A stretch of DNA of 64,000 nt, from the NCBI GenBank assembly GCA_964599455.1, contig CAZREA010000001.1, positions 353,829 through 417,828 on the forward strand, read 5' to 3'. This document shows positions 56,645 to 64,000 of this stretch, in pieces; positions within the stretch are counted from its first letter, which is position 1, and every line of letters begins with the position of its first letter. This DNA is from an uncultured Gammaproteobacteria bacterium (lineage in GTDB: Bacteria > Patescibacteriota > Patescibacteriia > UBA9934). Below the pieces are notes generated by a model that saw only the letters and a list, made by a program, of their open reading frames with translations, ran no database searches and was not told the origin of the DNA. Made by a program: the position numbers and the translations under genes.

Positions 56645-57637
56645 TTACGCTTTTCTTAATCCGGTGGAATCGCGATGTTCTTCAGCTTTCACGAATGCAT
56701 CAGGCATCTCTCGCGTTTGCTTTTGTAGTTCATATAAAAATTCTTTGCGTAATTCTTTCTGATTTTCTCTATATGCTTCAATGTAACGATCGTACAGTTT
56801 CGATTCCTTCAACGCCTCTCGCAGTTCATCAGCCGTAAGACCCATAAAATCAAGTACGGTTCCCTTATCAATATCGGTCAAAACATCATCTCCCGCTTCA
56901 TTCACAAAGCCATATGCTAAAATCATCGTCTGCATTTGCCAATCAAGCCACTGATCTTCGGTGAGAGGGATTTCTCCGAGTTTACTCGCCTCAACGGCAT
57001 CATCAATCTTTTCCCATACTTTGCCCGGAAATCGAGCATACAGACCACACGGATACGGGACATCACGCTCTTCTATAATCGTTGTTTGAAATTGTGGATC
57101 AAGAAAATAGTCTTTGTATCCCCGTTCTAGCGCATCTTCTTCTGCACGCGACACCGCACGATTGTGCGTCAGTTGCTGCGCATGACAAGCCTCGTGAAGG
57201 GTATATTCAAGGGTCCACTGAGCAGAAAAATCTGAGACATCGGGAAAAGCGATAAAAGGATCTCCTTCACTCGGCCCGCGCTGGCAACGGGGATCTTCAT
57301 GAAAGCCTCCCGCATCAGTATCTCTTTCGCTAGGTTCATACGTAAAGATATTTCCCTTCGCAACATATTCCACTAATGTATCGACACCTTGGATTAAAGA
57401 CTGCTCCGCTGCCGCAAGTCCTGTTTCTTGCCCCTCTCCAAATTGTAATTCTGGCTTTACACGCTTTGCGAGCTCAATCATAAAACGTTCCGAGTTCACC
57501 AAACGCTCAGTCACCTTTTCAATATGCGCCTGTTGCTCGGGACTTATTTTATATACGTTTGTTGCGCATCCACCTAACATGACCGTACCCGCCAAAACAA
57601 GAGAACGAATGCCATCCATATGCCGGAAGTTTATCAT
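56645..57637 (-). CDS. Putative lipoprotein metallopeptidase (HExxH)
   Basis: Lipobox VMLGGC and LHEACHAQQ HExxH motif. Confidence 0.35.
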   Translation of the reverse strand: MINFRHMDGIRSLVLAGTVMLGGCATNVYKISPEQQAHIEKVTERLVNSERFMIELAKRVKPELQFGEGQETGLAAAEQSLIQGVDTLVEYVAKGNIFTYEPSERDTDAGGFHEDPRCQRGPSEGDPFIAFPDVSDFSAQWTLEYTLHEACHAQQLTHNRAVSRAEEDALERGYKDYFLDPQFQTTIIEERDVPYPCGLYARFPGKVWEKIDDAVEASKLGEIPLTEDQWLDWQMQTMILAYGFVNEAGDDVLTDIDKGTVLDFMGLTADELREALKESKLYDRYIEAYRENQKELRKEFLYELQKQTREMPDAFVKAEEHRDSTGLRKA

Positions 57638-57659
57638 AAGATTTCCTGACCTCGCTTGT

Positions 57660-57677
57660 CCCCCTCGGCCATAGCCC
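57660..57677. repeat. GC-rich 18-nt repeat CCCCCTCGGCCATAGCCC, copy 1 (intergenic)
   Basis: Identical 18-mer at 62389..62406. Followed by GC-rich stem-forming sequence. Confidence 0.4.
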
Positions 57678-57752
57678 GTTATCCCCTGGCCTACGGGCGA
57701 GGCTTTGTGCCCCTTGTCCCCCTTTGCTATACTCCGTTTATGTCACCAGCTT

Positions 57753-59381
57753 ATGGACGATCACGATCATATTGACTTTCTTCGGCCAAAATCCGAAATC
57801 ATTGCCCCTGCCACCCCCGTTCAACCCCCGCCCAAAAAACCACGTGTAGCACCGTGGATGAAATTGGCATTTTTTGCAGGAGCGATTGTCATCACCGGCG
57901 GTTTTTTGTTTTCTTACGGTATTGCCCGCACAACCCCCAGCGACATTGATGACGCGCATACGCTTTTTGGATCGTTACGTCGCCTTATCACCTCCAACGA
58001 CCGACAAACCGACGCTGCAGCCGACGATCGCATTAATGTCCTACTCCTGGGCATTGGGGGCGCCGGACACGACGGCGCGCAACTTACTGACACCATGATT
58101 TTTGGGAGCTTTAAACCCTCAACCAGTGAACTCGGCATGATTTCTATTCCTCGCGATCTTGTCGTGACTATTCCCGGACGCGGATACAGCAAAATCAATG
58201 CCGTCAATGCCTATGCTGAGCAGAAAAAAAACGGTAGTGGTCTTGAGGCAACCACCGAAACCGTCAACGGCATGCTTGGTCAAACGATTGATTATACGAT
58301 CAAAGTAGATTTTAACGGGTTTGAAAAAATCATTGATGCCATTGGCGGTGTTGATGTGTATGTCGATACCTCCTTTACTGATTACGAATATCCCGTAAAC
58401 GGTATGGAAGATGCGTCGTGTTCTTCCGCATCAGTAGCAAACAGTGATGAGCGTACACGAGATGAAAACTCCATATCTTCATCTTCCGAAGTCTCCTCAA
58501 ACACCGATACAGGAAGCGAGGAAGGGTCCCCTTACGGCTGCCGCTACGAAGTGCTTTCCTTCACTCAAGGCTCAACGCACATGACTGGTGCCACGGCACT
58601 CAAATACGCTCGCTCACGACATGGCAATAATGGCGAAGGTTCAGATTTTGCCCGCGCCGCCCGTCAACAAAAAATTCTTTTAGCTGTTAAAGAAAAAACT
58701 CTTTCTCTTGGCGTGCTCTTAAATCCCGGAAAGCTCCAACAAATTGTTTCGGTTATCCAAAAACATATCAGCACCGACATGACCGCTTGGGACATGCTGC
58801 AGCTTGCAAAATACATCGATGACATTTCGTTGGAAAAACTGGCCATGCATGTCATCGATGGCAGCGGTGGCTTGGCATATAGCAGTTTTATTGATGGTCT
58901 TGGCTACGTGGTGTTGCCAAAAAAAGACGATTGGAGTGATTTTCAATCCCTAGCCCAACATATCTTTACTCCCGATGAGCAAGGCGTCACCACTCCCACC
59001 ATTGCGACGACGGTCGTACCCACCATTGCGGTCGAAATTCAAAATGGTACAAGCCAGGCCGGGCTCGCCGCCCAAACCGCACAGCTTCTTGCAAGCTCAG
59101 GCTATGACGTCATTACCATTGGCAATGCGATCGACCGAACCGTAACACAAACCACCATTTACGACTTTACTGATGGTCAAAAAGATAGCGAATTAGCCAT
59201 GTTAAAGGACTATTTGAACGCGAAAGTGATTATGACGGCTGCCGGAGCAGTACGCGCAGAAGATATTTCTCCGGACACGATTACCGAAACGGAAACACTT
59301 ACTTTACTTAAAACGGGTGAAGACATTGATTTTTTGATCATTTTAGGAGAGAATTTCGGGAAACTCGTGTTCAACCGCTAA
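57753..59381 (+). CDS. LytR-CpsA-Psr (LCP) family cell-wall glycopolymer transferase
   Basis: TM anchor then NVLLLGIGGAGHDGAQLTDTMIFGSF...ISIPRD core. Start taken at MDDHDH. Confidence 0.7.
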   Translation: MDDHDHIDFLRPKSEIIAPATPVQPPPKKPRVAPWMKLAFFAGAIVITGGFLFSYGIARTTPSDIDDAHTLFGSLRRLITSNDRQTDAAADDRINVLLLGIGGAGHDGAQLTDTMIFGSFKPSTSELGMISIPRDLVVTIPGRGYSKINAVNAYAEQKKNGSGLEATTETVNGMLGQTIDYTIKVDFNGFEKIIDAIGGVDVYVDTSFTDYEYPVNGMEDASCSSASVANSDERTRDENSISSSSEVSSNTDTGSEEGSPYGCRYEVLSFTQGSTHMTGATALKYARSRHGNNGEGSDFARAARQQKILLAVKEKTLSLGVLLNPGKLQQIVSVIQKHISTDMTAWDMLQLAKYIDDISLEKLAMHVIDGSGGLAYSSFIDGLGYVVLPKKDDWSDFQSLAQHIFTPDEQGVTTPTIATTVVPTIAVEIQNGTSQAGLAAQTAQLLASSGYDVITIGNAIDRTVTQTTIYDFTDGQKDSELAMLKDYLNAKVIMTAAGAVRAEDISPDTITETETLTLLKTGEDIDFLIILGENFGKLVFNR

Positions 59382-59384
59382 TCT

Positions 59385-60758
59385 ATGTTCCATCAACCGC
59401 CACGTGTGGCACTCGTTGGTCGTGCCAACGTTGGCAAGTCCTCGCTGTTTAATCGTATGATTGAAGAGCAAAAATCGTTAGTTTCAGAAGTCCCTGGCAC
59501 AACCCGTGATCGCCATGAAGCCGATTGCATTTGGCGTGGTATGGTGATTCGTTTAATCGATACTGGGGGACTCGATGTCAACCGCGCTGATGAGATTGAG
59601 AAAAATGTTATCGAGCAATCCTACCTAGCAATGAAAGCTGCAGACGCCATCTTTTTCTTGGTTGACCTTACCACTCCGCCCACAACTGAAGATCTCACCA
59701 TTGCTCGCGAACTGCAAAAAGCCAAAAAGCCGGTTATCGTTTTAGGAAATAAAGCCGATACAAAAACCATCCGCAACGCCATTCACGATCAAGCATGGCA
59801 CGCCTGGCCGCTCGCAAAACCTCTGCCGCTAAGCGCTAAACAGGGGACCGGCGTCGGCGATGCGCTTGATGCCATCACCGAAGCACTGACAGCCAAGGGA
59901 ACGCCGCCCGTGGAAATCTCAAAAATAGCACCGATGCGCGTAGCCGTATTTGGCGAACCAAACGTTGGCAAGTCAACATTACTCAATGCACTTCTTGGCG
60001 AACAGCGCTTTATTACCGCCAACGCCCCCCACACCACTCGCCAACCAAACGACGTACTGTTTACCTACGAAGACAAACTCTATCAATTCATCGACACTGC
60101 CGGTGTACGCAAGCATGCGAGCATGATGCGTTCAGGCACACGACTCGAAAAAATCGGTGTTGATCAAACACTCGAAACCTTGGGACGTGCCGACGTCGCG
60201 CTTTTTATTCTCGACATTACGCGCGGCATTACCGCACAAGATCGTCATCTTGCTGGTGTGCTGTCACAAAAAGGTATTTCAACCATCATCATCGCCAACA
60301 AATGGGATCTTATTCCCAACAAAACCACCAACAGCATCAACGATCACGAAAAGATCATCAAAGGCTTTTTGCCGCAATTAAAATTTGCTCCCACACTGTT
60401 CACTTCCGCGCTTACCGGCAAACGAGCAAAAGATGTCTTCGACCTCGTGCAAAAAGTATTTCAAACGCGCTTCACCCAACTCAGCGACGAAGAGGCGCAT
60501 AGCTTTATTTCGCGCGCCATTGCTCGTCATAAGCCAAGTCGCGGCAAAGGCGTGAAGCATCCGCATATCATCAAATTTTATCAGGAACGAGTAAATCCTC
60601 CCACCTTTGCGTTGCGCGTCAACCTTTCTCGTAAGGACTCGCTTGCCGATTCCTATCTGCGTTTCCTAGAAAATCTTTTGCGTGATTATTACGACTTCAC
60701 CGGCACGCCTATTCGCCTTCGCGTGGTTACCGCTCGCAAGTCGCATACCACGTATTAA
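59385..60758 (+). CDS. der: Ribosome-associated GTPase Der/EngA
   Basis: Two GTPase domains (GRANVGKSSLFN, GEPNVGKSTLLN) plus a KH-like C-terminus. Confidence 0.9.
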   Translation: MFHQPPRVALVGRANVGKSSLFNRMIEEQKSLVSEVPGTTRDRHEADCIWRGMVIRLIDTGGLDVNRADEIEKNVIEQSYLAMKAADAIFFLVDLTTPPTTEDLTIARELQKAKKPVIVLGNKADTKTIRNAIHDQAWHAWPLAKPLPLSAKQGTGVGDALDAITEALTAKGTPPVEISKIAPMRVAVFGEPNVGKSTLLNALLGEQRFITANAPHTTRQPNDVLFTYEDKLYQFIDTAGVRKHASMMRSGTRLEKIGVDQTLETLGRADVALFILDITRGITAQDRHLAGVLSQKGISTIIIANKWDLIPNKTTNSINDHEKIIKGFLPQLKFAPTLFTSALTGKRAKDVFDLVQKVFQTRFTQLSDEEAHSFISRAIARHKPSRGKGVKHPHIIKFYQERVNPPTFALRVNLSRKDSLADSYLRFLENLLRDYYDFTGTPIRLRVVTARKSHTTY

Positions 60759-60846
60759 AGATTTGCTGCACGAGTGATGAACAAAAAGACTACTTCGGTA
60801 GTTTTTTTGTTTGGAGACCCGTATACTGCGAATATTCAAAAAGCAT

Positions 60847-61440
60847 ATGCATCTCATCATTGCCCTTGGTAATCCAGGATCACAATACACACATACCCGC
60901 CACAACGCAGGTTTTCTTGCTATTGATATACTCGCCAAACGTTTAGGAATTGTTTGGAAAGAAAAACCAGATCTCAAATCCGAAATCGCGACCTATACCG
61001 ATGAAAAAACCTCGTGTATTTTTGCAAAATCTACAACATTCATGAACCTCAGCGGTGAAGCAGCAACGAAGCTCATCAAACGCTATCAGGTCGAAGCACA
61101 CCATCTCCTGGTTATCGTTGATGACATTGATCTTCCTCTGGGGACGATTCGTGTTCGTCACGAAGGTAGCGCTGGTGGACACAATGGATTAAAATCCTTG
61201 ATTGCCCATTTGGGAACGCAGCAATTTTCTCGCATCCGCATTGGTGTTGGTGCTCCGCCACCACGTATTCCGCTCGAAGCCTGGGTGCTACAAAAATTCA
61301 CCAAAGATGACATGGTAATACTTGAACCCACACTTATCCGCGCCGCCGATCTTGCCCAGCACTTTTTGCATGGTACAGTGAAAGAGCAGACAGTGGTTGT
61401 GCCCGCCTCTCTTCCCCCAAACCATGGCCACACCCTTTGA
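60847..61440 (+). CDS. pth: Peptidyl-tRNA hydrolase
   Basis: LIIALGNPG...HNG motifs. Confidence 0.85.
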   Translation: MHLIIALGNPGSQYTHTRHNAGFLAIDILAKRLGIVWKEKPDLKSEIATYTDEKTSCIFAKSTTFMNLSGEAATKLIKRYQVEAHHLLVIVDDIDLPLGTIRVRHEGSAGGHNGLKSLIAHLGTQQFSRIRIGVGAPPPRIPLEAWVLQKFTKDDMVILEPTLIRAADLAQHFLHGTVKEQTVVVPASLPPNHGHTL

Positions 61441-62668
61441 TATTGCGCTTGCCTATTGCCCAGCTTTTACCCCCATCATTGGCAATCGCATGCGCGAAAT
61501 CTTCACCTCAGCTGAAGATTTTTTCCGCGCGTCGGCTAATACACTTCACGAGCAAAAATTTCGAAAAGAGTTTATTGAAAGATTTCTTCTTTGGCGTCAG
61601 ACCATTCGTCCCAATGCACTCTTAGACGTATTACGCGCACGAAACATACAATGCGTGAGTTTTTACGATCCCGAGTATCCGCCCCTCTTGCGCCATATTC
61701 ACGATCCACCTCACATACTCTTCGTGCAAGGAAGAATGCACGCAAAACCTGCCTGCGCTGTTGTTGGTTCACGCAAAGCAACGCCATATGGCATACAAGT
61801 AACAAAAGAAATTGTGGATAACCTGTGTAAACAAGGTGTCATGATGGTGAGTGGGCTGGCGCCAGGAATTGATACAACCGCACATGAAGCGGCAATACGA
61901 GCAGGAGCACCAACGATCGCGGTTTTAGCTGGCGGACATCAGGCCGGTATCTCACAAACCCAACAGCTGCTCATGCAGGCCATCCTCAAAAATAACGGCA
62001 CACTCATCTCCGAACATCCACCACACATTGCACCAAATCGCTTTCATTTTCCTCGGCGAAATCGCCTCATCGCCGGCATCGCCAAGGCAACACTTGTTGT
62101 TGAAGCGGCACAAAAAAGTGGATCACTCATCACTGCCTATTGTGCCGTTCATGAAAATCGCGACGTGTATGTCATTCCTGGTCCTATCACCTCAAAAACG
62201 TCCGAAGGAACAAACCTACTCATCCGACAAGGCGCTCGCCCCTGCCTCACGGCTGATGATATTCTCGATTCGTTTCCGGACTTAAAGGAGAAGAAGAAAC
62301 TGACGGTAAATTCAACCTTACAGAATGCCGAAAATTCCGCATCTTTATCCATCGCTTCGTTCCGCAAAGAAGGGTCGGGCATGCCCAACCCCCTCGGCCA
62401 TAGCCCTATGGGCGAGCCGGGCGAGGCCTATACCGCAATCACATCCACATCTTCTCCTACCCCCCTGACCCCGCTTCCTCCACTATCTCCCTCCCTCACC
62501 ACCCTCCTTTCCCACCTCTCCTCTACACCCATCCACTCCGACGACTTATGCGACAAGATTCCGCTAACATCAGATAAGATTCTTGGTGGTCTCAGTACCC
62601 TCGAACTCATGGGTTATGTGCAGATGATCGGAGGCATGTATTATGTACCCACCAGGCCCCCGGTTTGA
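61424..62668 (+). CDS. dprA: DNA processing protein DprA with low-complexity Pro/Ser/Thr-rich linker
   Basis: Rossmann-like GLAPGIDTTAHEAAIRAGAPTIAVLAGG. The linker is encoded partly by the GC-rich repeat at 62389..62406. Confidence 0.8.
   Translation: MATPFDIALAYCPAFTPIIGNRMREIFTSAEDFFRASANTLHEQKFRKEFIERFLLWRQTIRPNALLDVLRARNIQCVSFYDPEYPPLLRHIHDPPHILFVQGRMHAKPACAVVGSRKATPYGIQVTKEIVDNLCKQGVMMVSGLAPGIDTTAHEAAIRAGAPTIAVLAGGHQAGISQTQQLLMQAILKNNGTLISEHPPHIAPNRFHFPRRNRLIAGIAKATLVVEAAQKSGSLITAYCAVHENRDVYVIPGPITSKTSEGTNLLIRQGARPCLTADDILDSFPDLKEKKKLTVNSTLQNAENSASLSIASFRKEGSGMPNPLGHSPMGEPGEAYTAITSTSSPTPLTPLPPLSPSLTTLLSHLSSTPIHSDDLCDKIPLTSDKILGGLSTLELMGYVQMIGGMYYVPTRPPV
62389..62406. repeat. GC-rich 18-nt repeat copy 2 (inside dprA coding sequence)
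   Basis: Identical to 57660..57677. Embedded in a palindromic GGCCATAGCCCTATGGGC context. Confidence 0.4.
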
Positions 62669-62704
62669 CGAAGAGCGAATTTCTTGGCTTGATATCCTTC
62701 TTTT

Positions 62705-64000
62705 ATGGCAAAACTTCTCATTGTTGAGTCACCGACAAAGGCCAAAACAATTAGCAAATTCCTTGGCAAAGACTACGAAGTCTTGTCGTCTTTTGGCCAT
62801 ATTCGTGATTTGCCGAAAAAGAAAATCGGCGTTGATGTTACTCATGGTTTCGAGCCAACCTACGAAGTTCCGGCTGATAAAAAACCGCGCGTCAAAGCCC
62901 TGCAAGATGCCGCCAAAAAAGCTGATGACATTTATCTTGCAACTGACGAAGACCGCGAAGGAGAGGCGATTGCTTGGCACATTGCGCATGTCTTAAAAGT
63001 AAAACCATCTCAAGCAAAACGCATTACCTTCCACGAAATCACTCGTCCGGCCATTGAAGCAGCCCTCACTCACGCCCGGACTATCGACGAAGCACTCGTA
63101 AACGCGCAGCAAACGCGCCGCATTCTCGACCGACTGGTGGGTTACGAGCTCTCGCCACTGTTGTGGAAAAAGATTCGTCGAGGTCTTTCGGCAGGACGCG
63201 TGCAATCGGTGGCGGTACGTATGATTGTCGAGCGCGAACGTGAACGACAAGCTTTTAAACCCCAGGACTACTGGACCATCGAAGCGGACTTCATCAAAGA
63301 CAAACAACCTTTCACCGGCAAACTCTTCGCAATTGAAAACAAAACCATCGACAAACTCGACGTTAACAGTCAAGAGATGGCTGATACCATTGCAGCCGCC
63401 ATCACGGGTCAAGATTTTGTCGTGCAAACCAGCGAACAAAAAGAAGTTAGCAAAAAGCCCCCAACACCACTTACCACTTCAACCCTGCAACAAGAAGCCT
63501 ACAATCGCCTGGGCATGAGTGCAAAACAGACCATGACTCTTGCGCAAAAGCTGTATGAAACAGGACGTATCACCTATATGCGTACCGATTCACTGAACCT
63601 GAGTGATGAATTTTTGACTGCTGCACAAACCTATATCAAACAAACATGGGGTGAGCAGTACGCTGCAGGTTCGGTACGCTATAAAACCAAAAAGAAAGGC
63701 GCGCAAGAAGCTCACGAAGCTATTCGACCTACAAATGCCAGTGCCTCTCCCGAAAGTCTCAAAGGTGCCGACATCGATAACGGCATGCGCAAATTGTACG
63801 AGATGATTTGGCGTCGAACACTTGCTTCCCAAATGCCCGCCGCCAAAATTCGCCGCACTGCCGTTGATCTTGATTGTAAAAACTACACCTTCCGTGCCAC
63901 CGGTGCCACGGTCGTCTTTCCTGGGTACATGAAAGTATGGAAAGCGACCGATGACAAAATACTTCCCACGCTTGTAGTTGGAGACAATGTCGGCAAACCC
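62705..64000 (+). CDS. topA: DNA topoisomerase I (3'-partial)
   Basis: Toprim MAKLLIVESPTKAKTISKFLG...EGEAIAWHI. The gene runs off the window end. Confidence 0.85.
   Translation, partial: MAKLLIVESPTKAKTISKFLGKDYEVLSSFGHIRDLPKKKIGVDVTHGFEPTYEVPADKKPRVKALQDAAKKADDIYLATDEDREGEAIAWHIAHVLKVKPSQAKRITFHEITRPAIEAALTHARTIDEALVNAQQTRRILDRLVGYELSPLLWKKIRRGLSAGRVQSVAVRMIVERERERQAFKPQDYWTIEADFIKDKQPFTGKLFAIENKTIDKLDVNSQEMADTIAAAITGQDFVVQTSEQKEVSKKPPTPLTTSTLQQEAYNRLGMSAKQTMTLAQKLYETGRITYMRTDSLNLSDEFLTAAQTYIKQTWGEQYAAGSVRYKTKKKGAQEAHEAIRPTNASASPESLKGADIDNGMRKLYEMIWRRTLASQMPAAKIRRTAVDLDCKNYTFRATGATVVFPGYMKVWKATDDKILPTLVVGDNVGKP

Noticed and set aside
62993-63439. Minus-strand 148-aa ORF
   Set aside because: Antisense to topA, whose plus-strand frame shows clear Toprim and topoisomerase I motifs.

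Overview
This 64-kb window looks like a chromosomal segment from a small-genome bacterium at roughly 45-52% GC. The housekeeping gene set (alpha2-type GlyRS, truncated TsaB, DUF4012, divergent MetK, an intron-containing tRNA) is compatible with a CPR/Patescibacteria-like organism, but that is inference only.

The core gene content includes rplJ-rplL, rpmG, frr, tpiA, eno, glyQS, metK, pyrH-like, xseAB, lexA, der, pth, dprA, topA (3'-partial), mreB, holB and a DEAD-box helicase. There is also a cell-envelope cluster with a GT2 synthase and a DUF4012 protein.

The main accessory feature is a roughly 13.5-kb integrative element (about 8599..22140). It is bounded by an 11-bp direct repeat (CCTTACCATGG) that sits in the anticodon stem-loop region of tRNA-Thr(GGU). 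A 3' tRNA fragment with its own terminator lies at one end. At the other end are an intact tRNA-Thr(GGU), interrupted by a 202-nt putative group I intron, and a 5' tRNA fragment.

The element carries three tyrosine recombinases and an excisionase-like HTH protein. It also carries a copper-resistance cassette (csoR-copA-HMA/DsbD_2 fusion-cupredoxin-like) with a perfect 26-bp CsoR-box-like palindrome, a SAM methyltransferase and several unknown cargo genes. Among the cargo is a 775-aa zinc-ribbon plus PD-(D/E)xK-like protein next to a DUF4352-like gene that is preceded by a structured leader.

Other compositional outliers are a 66% GC partial gene with MopE-like metal-binding repeats at the window start, a roughly 60% GC three-gene block (6229..8219) flanked by a 22-bp direct repeat, and a roughly 38% GC patch with a candidate Type II R-M pair (52969..54418). 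Small MITE/REP-like palindromic repeats occur at 25232..25367 and 26950..27030, and a GC-rich 18-nt repeat occurs twice, one copy inside dprA. No CRISPR array or rRNA was seen.
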